Positions 1 to 7,454 of a stretch of 20,000 nucleotides of DNA are shown here, piece by piece. The notes under the pieces are model-generated. The model was not told the DNA's origin and made no database searches. It was given only the letters and a program-made list of their open reading frames with translations. Numbering within the stretch: position 1 is the stretch's first letter; the number at the start of each line of letters is the position of its first letter. Position numbers and translations under genes: made by a program. The stretch is from an uncultured virus (IMG/VR IMGVR_UViG_3300025413_000016) (taxonomy: Duplodnaviria > Heunggongvirae > Uroviricota > Caudoviricetes), in the IMG/VR virus record IMGVR_UViG_3300025413_000016. One strand, 5' to 3'.

Positions 1-17
1 TCCTATACCAAAAAGTG

Positions 18-46
18 TTGCTTTTTACATTGCGGACCTATATACT
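18..46 (+). promoter_or_regulatory. sigma70/SigA-type promoter
   Basis: TTGCTT (18-23), 17-nt spacer, TATACT (41-46). Confidence 0.6.
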
Positions 47-92
47 TAATAACACCAAACAAACAATGGTGTGTGTGGTTGGTATGCAACTT

Positions 93-140
93 GAAAGCCC
101 CTCTCTAGGAAATTCCTGGAGGGGGTTTTCTATTTACTTT
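93..140 (+). terminator. intrinsic terminator-like hairpin
   Basis: GAAAGCCCCTCTCTAGGA / TCCTGGAGGGGGTTTTC stem followed by a T-rich tail (TATTTACTTT). Confidence 0.6.
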
Positions 141-253
141 AGTGCACTTAGTATTGCAAAAGGGGTCTTAGGCCCCCCGCGATTTTTTTATACGTGCTTC
201 GTGCCTGCCCATTTGGCCCCCTTCTTGGCCCCTTTTTTAGTGCACCTAGTATT
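138..253. repeat. 18-bp direct repeat TTTAGTGCACYTAGTATT (138-155, 236-253)
   Basis: Two copies with one mismatch, 98 bp apart. Confidence 0.7.
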
Positions 254-656
254 CAAAGTCCAAAAAGTTGCCATCCTATTATTTGCCTTACTGTGACGTT
301 TGCATCACCAGCAGAAAAAGATTATGAACTTCTTTTGGTATTCGCCAACTAAGGCGGTACTCCTAACTCAAGGGTGTCCCCGAGAGTGTCACGCACGGTA
401 TCTCACAGGCATTGTGTGCTGTGAGGGTGTGTGATCGTGCCAGCGTAGACGTAATGCGTCGTGCTGCGTAGTCAAGAGTACTACGAATGCCTCTCCACGC
501 GTGTGAGCACTGTGCTGCTCAACAATACACGTCTCTGGTGCTGAAGAGTTAGCTGCAGGCGAGGTTCATCAGGAACTACGGTATCCACTACGGTACCGTG
601 GTTCGTGATGTGCAACGTATGCACGGGCAGTACCAATAGTCCTGAGGAGGACAACT

Positions 657-1055
657 ATGCAGTATTTGGTAATCAACACTTACCGTGACTTCCCTTTGTT
701 CGGGGGTTGTCACTGGAGTCTTGAGGAGGCTTTCGAGGAAGTCGTCGCTGGTTGGCGCAGTGACATCGAAGAGCCGATCGTCATGAGGCCAACAATGGAC
801 TACCCATTCGCCAACCGCGTCTCTCTCGAAAAGTCGGGCGAGGACTGGAAGCCAACTCCATTCAAGGCATGGACGACCGGTCCTGACCACCTGAACCACT
901 GGTACATCGTGCCATTGTTCGAGTGGGAAGACCGGATGTGCCTTGCAGACGAGCGCACTCCAGAGACAATCGATCAGGGTGATGAGCTCAAGGCACAACT
1001 CCGTAGGGAGTTCAGCGAAGAGCTTGTCTTCTCCCCAGACGTTACGTCATTGTAA
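657..1055 (+). CDS. phage hypothetical protein
   Basis: ORF with GAGGAGG SD; acidic and Trp-rich; no recognisable motif. Confidence 0.75.
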   Translation: MQYLVINTYRDFPLFGGCHWSLEEAFEEVVAGWRSDIEEPIVMRPTMDYPFANRVSLEKSGEDWKPTPFKAWTTGPDHLNHWYIVPLFEWEDRMCLADERTPETIDQGDELKAQLRREFSEELVFSPDVTSL

Positions 1056-1058
1056 CAT

Positions 1059-1172
1059 CCGGTGGATGCACTGACTCACGTACAGGATCATTTGTACGTG
1101 GGTTGTGTGGGTCAACCGGGACTCAGTGTCATAGTGGTCGTGCTATGGCGCTTGAAAGGAGGTGAAATCATG
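1059..1172 (+). promoter_or_regulatory. structured leader module, copy 1 (three hairpins plus AGGAGGTGAAAT SD)
   Basis: Aligns with 1469-1578 and shows compensatory stem changes. Confidence 0.6.
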
Positions 1173-1463
1173 ACTAAATTTGATGTTTACAAGGCTGCTA
1201 GGGACGCTGCTGAGGCTAAGGTCGAAGCTGCTTTGGCTGCTTACGACGATGCTGGGGCTACGTACTACCCTGCTTTGGCTGAGCTCTGCGCTGCTCAGGC
1301 TGAGCTCGAGGCTGTTAAGGCTGCGTGCAAGGCTGCGTACGACGCTGCTGCGCTCAAGGCTGCTTCGGCTAAGTACAAGGCTGCTTTGGCTGAGCTCTAC
1401 GCTGCTAAGGCTGCGTACGACGCTGCTTGGGCTGAGTACAAGGCTGCTAAGGCTGAGCAGTAA
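1170..1463 (+). CDS. Ala-rich heptad-repeat (coiled-coil-like) protein, 97 aa
   Basis: Start moved to ATG 1170 after AAAGGAGGTG; repeats such as KAAYDAA and AALAEL. Confidence 0.8.
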   Translation: MTKFDVYKAARDAAEAKVEAALAAYDDAGATYYPALAELCAAQAELEAVKAACKAAYDAAALKAASAKYKAALAELYAAKAAYDAAWAEYKAAKAEQ

Positions 1464-1468
1464 ATAGT

Positions 1469-1578
1469 CCGGCTCATGCTAGGACCCACGAAGGAACATC
1501 GTCGTGGGTCTCATGGGTCAGTCGGACCCAGTGATCATGACGGTCGTGTCATGACACTTGAGAGGAGGTGAAATTATG
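1469..1578 (+). promoter_or_regulatory. structured leader module, copy 2
   Basis: Same three hairpins, GGTCGT loop and AGGAGGTGAAAT SD as copy 1. Confidence 0.6.
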
Positions 1579-1734
1579 ACAAATCGTCGCCGCAGGGCAT
1601 GGCGCCCCTCTGAGCTGTCTCAAGTCACAGCTCGGTACATCACATTAATTGGATGTGGTGCTGCGATTGCTGCTTCTGCAGTAGTCAGCGTTTGGATCTT
1701 TGTAGAGACTCTTCGTCTCTGCTTCGGTCACTAG
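1576..1734 (+). CDS. small single-pass membrane protein, 52 aa (MTNRRRRAWRPS...CFGH)
   Basis: Not in the ORF track; strong SD; basic N-terminus followed by a hydrophobic segment ITLIGCGAAIAASAVVSVWIFV. Confidence 0.65.
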   Translation: MTNRRRRAWRPSELSQVTARYITLIGCGAAIAASAVVSVWIFVETLRLCFGH

Positions 1735-1815
1735 TTCTTCGTTGGGTTCCCACCCAGCACTGCGTGTGTTAGGCAAGCACGTGGTTTAGTAAGTGCCTAG
1801 AAAGGAAACGATACC

Positions 1816-2151
1816 ATGGAATACTTTTACAAGGTTACCTGGTCGTATCAGTCAACCGTCGGTCGGATTGACGAAGACAACTACGAAAGGGTTAAGTATC
1901 GTCCATACATTGGTGTAGTAGAGCCAATGGTCCGCTACTTCAAGTCACTTGAAGACGCAATGGAGTTCTACTCTTCTTACGACTTCACATTCACTGTGGA
2001 CTACGGCCTCGTGGTTGGCGAGCGTTTTGACACGGCAGAAGAACCCTTCTTCCCAGTCAGCGTGGACAACGAGCTCATTGAAGAAGAGACCACCATCATC
2101 ACCACCACTCTCGTTGTAAAGCGAGAGTGCTTCACTGAGATTACTTATTAG
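1816..2151 (+). CDS. acidic phage hypothetical protein
   Basis: GAAAGGA SD, 111-aa ORF. Confidence 0.75.
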   Translation: MEYFYKVTWSYQSTVGRIDEDNYERVKYRPYIGVVEPMVRYFKSLEDAMEFYSSYDFTFTVDYGLVVGERFDTAEEPFFPVSVDNELIEEETTIITTTLVVKRECFTEITY

Positions 2152-2225
2152 TTTCTCATCCGTTCATACGGTATGCGTTGAGCAAACATGCCGTGCAGTA
2201 AGTGCTCAGAAAGGAGGGGGTCATC

Positions 2226-2432
2226 ATGAAGACCAAGACCACCCCACGCACCGCAGTTAGCATCGCTACTGCTCCCAAGTGCTCCTGTGGCTACATCCCC
2301 TTGTTCGTCGACTCAACTGTTTGGGTTGACCGCGAGGGTAACAAGCTCCCAGGTATTGTTCCAGTATCCATGACGATCGATGGAGTCCAGCACTCCGTTG
2401 AGAAGTGCGGTACTGAGACCAAGCGCAAGTAG
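2226..2432 (+). CDS. small hypothetical protein with CSC and distal H..C (possible Zn binder)
   Basis: Start moved to ATG 2226 after AAGGAGG. Confidence 0.7.
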   Translation: MKTKTTPRTAVSIATAPKCSCGYIPLFVDSTVWVDREGNKLPGIVPVSMTIDGVQHSVEKCGTETKRK

Positions 2433-2542
2433 TACTCAGGTAGTGCCCTGGCAGGGGGCGTTGTACTCTGCTATCCCATCAACCAACTATAGGTCCAGTG
2501 ACTAGGTTTGTCATAGCCTAGCACTGTAGAGGAGGTGAAATT

Positions 2543-2854
2543 ATGACTAAGTCAACCCGCAACATGCGCTTTGCGCAGGTAGTGAAGGAGGAGCTCTCAG
2601 ACGTCCTCGTTCGTCCTACCGTGCTCAGCTTCGATGCTATCCAGGAGAAGATTGCTTACTTCGACTCCATGATGGCTCTCGACGCTGACGGTGTGTGGAA
2701 GAAGTGGTACCCACGTACCACTCGTATCACACGCGCTCGCAAGCTTGAGGCCCACTTCTGTGTGGAGAACCCCAAGCAGATCGACGCACGTTCCAAGAAG
2801 GAGCGTCGCCTCGTGTTCTGCGAGACCTGCATCGAGTTCGAGGCAGGACTGTAG
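2543..2854 (+). CDS. hypothetical protein with HxC...CxxC
   Basis: GAGGAGGTG SD, biased codon usage. Confidence 0.75.
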   Translation: MTKSTRNMRFAQVVKEELSDVLVRPTVLSFDAIQEKIAYFDSMMALDADGVWKKWYPRTTRITRARKLEAHFCVENPKQIDARSKKERRLVFCETCIEFEAGL

Positions 2855-3034
2855 TAGGTAACCCATCTAGGTAAGCCCGTGTGCCTAGACGCTGACTGTG
2901 TAGTACGTGCAGTCAGTGGGTGGGGGTCACTCCCCACCTGGGTACGGTTACCCACGGGTAACCCCCGGCGACTGGGTTAAGTCGAATTATCACACGAACG
3001 TATTGTGTGACGTAACAAACATTAGGAGACTGCC

Positions 3035-3910
3035 ATGAAGGCATCTACTTTTGTGTCCCTGTCCACCCTCGACTTCAACGAGGAGGAGCTGTCAACTGAC
3101 CTTGACATCCTTCTCTTCGCTGACGAGGAGACGTCCGCTCAGTCAGACGGAGCCGTGCGTGTAGCGCGTCTCAACAAGACTGAGGCCATCACCCTGTCAG
3201 GTCTTTCTACTGACCTGGTGATCGGTCGCGGGCTCGCTGACTTCCGCAAGGAGTACTTCGACTGTGTCGTTGACTCCGAGGGGAAGATTGGTAGCTTCGT
3301 AGGCAAGCCCCTCCCCCAGGGTATTGTCTTCGACGCCACCTCCAAGCGTGACCGTGCGTACGGTACCCACGTGTACAACATTGCAGCGGCTCTGTCGCCT
3401 GCCTCTGTTGTCCACAGCGGTATGGTCTACGGTAAGTCGTTCCTGGCTAACCGTATGCAGGTTCAGATTGCATCTGACTTGCAGACCGACCCTCGTACCG
3501 GTGAGAAGTTCTACTTCATCGGTGTGCGTCGCTTCGGTATCCTCTCAGAGGCTACTGACTTCGCGTACCGTGACACCGGTCGTGGTGGCGTGCAGGCGCG
3601 TATCAAGTTGTACACCAACGTTGAGAAGGGTACCTTCTACTTCAAGGTGTTCAACAAGCTCACGCAGAAGCACGACCGCATCTACCAGGTTCCTGGTGAC
3701 GTGCAGTGGTACGACCTCGTTAAGACTCGTCTTAACATGGCTCTGCCATCCGGCGCGTCGCGGTTGGACATCTACACCTCCGAGCTCAACAAGCTCGACG
3801 AGAACGTTGCTGAGGACCTGCGTGGTACCCAGCTGATGTTCTTCGAGGTGTACAAGACTGCCAAGGCTGCTATCATCGCGGCCAAGGTAGTGGACGCCCC
3901 ACAGGCCTAG
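3035..3910 (+). CDS. 291-aa hypothetical protein
   Basis: AGGAG SD; strongly biased codons (AAG, TTC, CGT, GGT); no motif recognised. Confidence 0.85.
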   Translation: MKASTFVSLSTLDFNEEELSTDLDILLFADEETSAQSDGAVRVARLNKTEAITLSGLSTDLVIGRGLADFRKEYFDCVVDSEGKIGSFVGKPLPQGIVFDATSKRDRAYGTHVYNIAAALSPASVVHSGMVYGKSFLANRMQVQIASDLQTDPRTGEKFYFIGVRRFGILSEATDFAYRDTGRGGVQARIKLYTNVEKGTFYFKVFNKLTQKHDRIYQVPGDVQWYDLVKTRLNMALPSGASRLDIYTSELNKLDENVAEDLRGTQLMFFEVYKTAKAAIIAAKVVDAPQA

Positions 3911-3916
3911 TCAGCC

Positions 3917-3955
3917 CCCAGTCCTGAGTCAGACTGGGTTACCTTAAACTGACTC
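3917..3955 (+). ncRNA. H-type pseudoknot, family A
   Basis: CCCAGTC/GACTGGG and GAGTCA/TGACTC stems, CT linker, TAAAC before the final strand. Confidence 0.55.
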
Positions 3956-4069
3956 GCCCCCACACCCACAGATGTTGTGTGTGCCCTCGAAGGGAGTGTG
4001 GGGGTCTATGCCGCAACGTATGCAGCAGAACATGTATCATACATACATGTAGTAGTAAAAGGAACAAGC

Positions 4070-4351
4070 ATGGATGCATTCCGTGTTATTGCAATCGAAC
4101 GCAAGTTCGGTAAGGTAGTCAACCGTACCATGTTGGGAGATGTATATTCCAACGTGAATCGTGCCAAGTATCAGTTGCGTACTTGGTATGGAGTGAAACG
4201 GTTCAACGAAGTGGCGGACAGGCTAATTGTGGGCTCATGCCGCCCCAGGTGGCACACAAAGCTCACGTTCGTCATCGCGCAACAGTCTTACTACGAGGAG
4301 ATCGCTAGCTACACCAGCGATGAGCTCGAGGAGATTGCAGCTAATGGCTGA
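4070..4351 (+). CDS. hypothetical protein, 93 aa
   Basis: Start moved to ATG 4070 after AAAGGA. Confidence 0.65.
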   Translation: MDAFRVIAIERKFGKVVNRTMLGDVYSNVNRAKYQLRTWYGVKRFNEVADRLIVGSCRPRWHTKLTFVIAQQSYYEEIASYTSDELEEIAANG

Positions 4352-4420
4352 GGAGTACACCGATTGGTGGAGAGTATTCAACCAGGTGCCTAGGGTCTAG
4401 GGCCTAGTTGTAACTCAAAT

Positions 4421-4436
4421 TGTTTCACGTGAAACA
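4421..4436. promoter_or_regulatory. parS: parS site (TGTTTCACGTGAAACA), copy 1
   Basis: Exact match to the canonical 16-bp palindromic ParB/Spo0J site. Confidence 0.8.
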
Positions 4437-4456
4437 TATGTGTTTGTCTAAGCATA

Positions 4457-4472
4457 TGTTTCACGTGAAACA
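4457..4472. promoter_or_regulatory. parS: parS site (TGTTTCACGTGAAACA), copy 2
   Basis: Exact match; with copy 1 it forms a 52-bp inverted repeat with 20-bp arms. Confidence 0.8.
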
Positions 4473-4827
4473 TTCCCCGCATGGGGGGATATATTTAGCT
4501 AAAGCTAACTCCTCCCATTGCATTTATGTTCATTGATGCGTACGTAAGGCATCGCAATACCATACCAATGTATGTTAAGTGGGTGGGTTCTATGAACCCG
4601 AGGTATGCTTGTTGACCTTGATGGCCCTAAACGTATCCTGCCATGTATACGTGCATACATACATGACTGTGCATGGCTAAGCATTTTTCCGTATGTTAAC
4701 GGGTATGTGCCTACATTGGTGTGGTATTGGGATGTCTTAAAATTTTTATGTGTGTTTAGACACACATGACATCCTCATATTCCTGCTCTAGTTGGATTTA
4801 TATAGCAGGGGTATGGTTGTATATGTA

Positions 4828-4844
4828 CTTACTAAGTAAGTAAG
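4828..4844 (+). repeat. AAGTA-loop hairpin, copy 1
   Basis: CTTACT-AAGTA-AGTAAG; loop starts 38 nt before ATG 4872. Confidence 0.55.
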
Positions 4845-4871
4845 CTACAAATAGTATCAAAGGAATAACCC

Positions 4872-5090
4872 ATGGCAATAGTAACTGCCGAAGAGGTGCT
4901 GTCCAAAATATTGGCCAATGCCTGCCCTAGCAAACTACTCGATGGTGAGTACAAGTTGTTTCTCATAGAGACACACTGCGTCAATTGGCACGTGCAAGCC
5001 AAAATCATCCAAGAACCCTCGGACGACCAAGGTTGGTTGTTCGAAGTGCGTTCAATCGAGCCAGTAAACGAGGTGGTATATGATGACTGA
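4872..5090 (+). CDS. small hypothetical protein
   Basis: AAAGGA SD; overlaps the next gene. Confidence 0.65.
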   Translation: MAIVTAEEVLSKILANACPSKLLDGEYKLFLIETHCVNWHVQAKIIQEPSDDQGWLFEVRSIEPVNEVVYDD

Positions 5091-5568
5091 CCCTATCCAG
5101 GCGTTGTTCGACCGCATCATGGAGGATGCACGTGATCAAAAGAGGGCAGAATCAAGTTATTACAACCTTGGTGACTTGATCGATGCCCTCGAGGGGATTG
5201 ATTCAACTCTCCCCGTTGAGTTCACGTCAGCTGATAACAGGTACGGCAACGACCAACCAGGTGAGTTCTTCAGCTGGCGTGGTGACTACCACGAGCTTGC
5301 TCTTGGCTATTGCACCTCTAAGGTATACGACTGGAACACCAGTGAATACATCCCAGTTCCACCGCCCACCGTTGGTAGCTTGCTTGCTCGATGCATTGCC
5401 GCTGATGGTGCTACCTTTGAGGGTTACAAGGGTGGTGACTTCACAATGAATCGGTCGTGCAGGATCTTTGTAGAGTTTGACCAGTCTTACTACAATGGCC
5501 CGCAGATTGCTGATGTAACTGTGGTCGATGGCAAGTGCCTCATCAAGCTTGAGAACTGGACTGAGTAA
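5080..5568 (+). CDS. conserved-type phage hypothetical protein
   Basis: GAGGTGG SD; motifs LGDLIDAL, SWRGDY..LA and FEGYKGGDFTM resemble a recurrent phage family (from recall). Confidence 0.8.
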   Translation: MMTDPIQALFDRIMEDARDQKRAESSYYNLGDLIDALEGIDSTLPVEFTSADNRYGNDQPGEFFSWRGDYHELALGYCTSKVYDWNTSEYIPVPPPTVGSLLARCIAADGATFEGYKGGDFTMNRSCRIFVEFDQSYYNGPQIADVTVVDGKCLIKLENWTE

Positions 5569-5570
5569 CA

Positions 5571-5738
5571 ATGTACCATCACTCAGCTCTATGCAAGTGT
5601 GGTGAGTATTACTTGCTTGATGTTTGTTGCGGTGAGTATGTTCGTCGAGTTTCTACTGACGAACTAATCAACGAAGTACATGTTGACATCGGAAACCATG
5701 CACCTACTGGGTGCAACGATGAGTACCGCAACCATTAA
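5571..5738 (+). CDS. small Cys/His-rich protein, 55 aa (MYHHSALCKCGEY...)
   Basis: Not in the ORF track; ATG 2 nt after the previous stop and fills the gap. Confidence 0.55.
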   Translation: MYHHSALCKCGEYYLLDVCCGEYVRRVSTDELINEVHVDIGNHAPTGCNDEYRNH

Positions 5739-5748
5739 GCAGTAACAA

Positions 5749-5763
5749 TACCCAAGTAGGGTA
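5749..5763 (+). repeat. AAGTA-loop hairpin, copy 2
   Basis: TACCC-AAGTA-GGGTA; loop 38 nt before GTG 5792. Confidence 0.8.
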
Positions 5764-5791
5764 GTAGTAAACAAACACATGGAGATCCCCT

Positions 5792-6229
5792 GTGGACATA
5801 GTAACACCAAGCAGTGCCCCCGACTCGTTCGGGTTCATACCAATAGATGCTGAGACCAGCACTGATAACGAGTACCAAAATTGGGTTAAATGCTTGTGCA
5901 AATGTGGCAACTGGTTTGAGCTGGACTTTGGTGACGAGACTACGGATTTGATTGTTCACCGCGAACGCCCAGGTAATGAAGCAGTTATCAGTATTGTTCT
6001 TTCCAAGCCTGAGCTTGAGAAGTTGCTCGAGCTTGTGCAGAAAGCATTGGCTGGGCAACCAGAGGCTACAAAAGAACCAGACGAGAAAGAACCATTTCAT
6101 CCATATCCTGATGCTGTAGAAAAACATTACTGCAGTTATTGTGACTGTGAGTACTACAAGCTTGAGGATGGTACGATAACGCCTTGTTGTTGCACTGATG
6201 ATGAAACAATTGAACAGGAGGAATGTTGA
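5792..6229 (+). CDS. acidic Cys-rich hypothetical protein
   Basis: GGAG SD, GTG start; CLCKC and CSYCDC..CCC motifs. Confidence 0.7.
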   Translation: MDIVTPSSAPDSFGFIPIDAETSTDNEYQNWVKCLCKCGNWFELDFGDETTDLIVHRERPGNEAVISIVLSKPELEKLLELVQKALAGQPEATKEPDEKEPFHPYPDAVEKHYCSYCDCEYYKLEDGTITPCCCTDDETIEQEEC

Positions 6230-6507
6230 TGAGCAGAACACACATCAAACCAAAGTCCAAACTGTGGTGGAAAAAGGTTGCTGCTGCTTGGGAAGAGCAA
6301 GAGCGCCCGGATGCACCACACGCTGGTACTGCGTGGCCTAAGCAGATAGAGAAGCGGCACAGGAAGCGCACTCTACGAGCAGACAAGAAGGGTAATCCCT
6401 TTCGTATCTGGTGGTCTGATGACCCACCCCAGAAGCCAGTGGCTCACAAATGGGAGCGTCGAGTACGTAAGCAACAGGTGCTACGTGAACAACTAGAGGA
6501 GGAATAA
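6226..6507 (+). CDS. basic Trp-rich hypothetical protein
   Basis: AGGAGG SD; overlaps both neighbours; exact start uncertain (TTG 6226 or ATG 6229). Confidence 0.6.
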   Translation: MMSRTHIKPKSKLWWKKVAAAWEEQERPDAPHAGTAWPKQIEKRHRKRTLRADKKGNPFRIWWSDDPPQKPVAHKWERRVRKQQVLREQLEEE

Positions 6508-6716
6508 TGTTCATTGTTACTGAATACAACTACGATGAAAACATCGTGGGTGCGTATCATACTCTTGATGATGCTAAGGATATTATCCAAAGCAACTTGC
6601 CAAGTTTAACTTGGGAATGGTTGGTTGACCCTATCAAACCAAAGAGGACATACGCATTGACTAACAAAGTCATACTCTTTGTTATCGATGAAGAAAACAG
6701 CTGGCCTGTTGATTGA
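6507..6716 (+). CDS. small hypothetical protein
   Basis: GAGGAGG SD, TAATG coupling. Confidence 0.7.
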   Translation: MFIVTEYNYDENIVGAYHTLDDAKDIIQSNLPSLTWEWLVDPIKPKRTYALTNKVILFVIDEENSWPVD

Positions 6717-6737
6717 TCTGATGTTCGCAGTACCAAT

Positions 6738-6752
6738 TACCCAAGTAGGGTA
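6738..6752 (+). repeat. AAGTA-loop hairpin, copy 3
   Basis: TACCC-AAGTA-GGGTA; loop 37 nt before GTG 6780; about 55 nt of context resembles copy 2. Confidence 0.8.
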
Positions 6753-6779
6753 GCAACAAATAAACACAAGGAGATTCTT

Positions 6780-7109
6780 GTGGAAGTAACAACAACAAAC
6801 AATGCCACCGGCTGGTTCGGTGGTTTGCCAGTAGGTAAGTGCACCCGCTGCCAGCAGGATATCAAGATGTACAGCGAGAATCAACCAAGGGACGGTATGC
6901 ACTTGCGCTTGTTTGATGGCTACGGCATGTTCACTGACAGTTGGGAAAAACCGCTCGAGGACATCATCCTTTGCCACAATTGTGTTCTGTGGTTCTTGGA
7001 AGGTTTCCCAGAAGAATACAAGCAACAGTTCATAGGCGGTCACGGTCCTGGCGGTGATTGCTCACCTGCTTGCGAGTACGCATTCAATCTAAGAGAGGAT
7101 ATGCAATGA
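6780..7109 (+). CDS. Zn-finger-like protein (CTRC...LCHNC; H...C...C)
   Basis: AAGGAG SD; two CxxC pairs. Confidence 0.75.
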   Translation: MEVTTTNNATGWFGGLPVGKCTRCQQDIKMYSENQPRDGMHLRLFDGYGMFTDSWEKPLEDIILCHNCVLWFLEGFPEEYKQQFIGGHGPGGDCSPACEYAFNLREDMQ

Positions 7110-7402
7110 AAGTATGGGCAGTAGATACAACGGTTAGTGCTCATGCCCATGAAGAGGGCATGAATATCCTATCCATTAAATGGTTTGGTTTCTTCAAGGA
7201 ATTGAAGGATGCCCAAACTTCAGTGGAGCAGTGGTACTCAACCCTTCGGCCAGGCAAAAAAGTCTTGCCCATTGGCAAGGGATGGAGTCTTGATGATGAT
7301 GGCGATTACATTGCCTCGTTCATTGAGTATGACATCATCGACGGTGAGAAGATGAGTCAAGAAGCGCATGTAGTACGCATTTCCAAGCACAAAGTGCAGT
7401 AA
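7106..7402 (+). CDS. hypothetical protein
   Basis: Start moved to ATG 7106 (ATGA overlap, GAGGA SD). Confidence 0.7.
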   Translation: MKVWAVDTTVSAHAHEEGMNILSIKWFGFFKELKDAQTSVEQWYSTLRPGKKVLPIGKGWSLDDDGDYIASFIEYDIIDGEKMSQEAHVVRISKHKVQ

Positions 7403-7415
7403 CAAAGTAGTACCA

Positions 7416-7430
7416 GTAGCAAGTAGCTAC
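7416..7430 (+). repeat. AAGTA-loop hairpin, copy 4
   Basis: GTAGC-AAGTA-GCTAC; loop 34 nt before ATG 7455. Confidence 0.8.
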
Positions 7431-7454
7431 GCATTTAGTAGAAAGATACACGCC

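Noticed and set aside
268..294. Promoter TTGCCA...TACTGT
   Set aside because: 15-nt spacer and a weak -10 element.
15..296. 93-aa ORF at the window start
   Set aside because: It overlaps a promoter, a terminator and repeats, and has no SD; likely spurious.
1180..1467. Leu/Arg-rich alternative-frame ORF
   Set aside because: It is a frame shadow of the GCT-rich Ala repeat gene.
4344..4400. 18-aa micro-ORF MAEEYTDWWRVFNQVPRV
   Set aside because: It has a plausible SD and overlap, but is too short to support from sequence alone.
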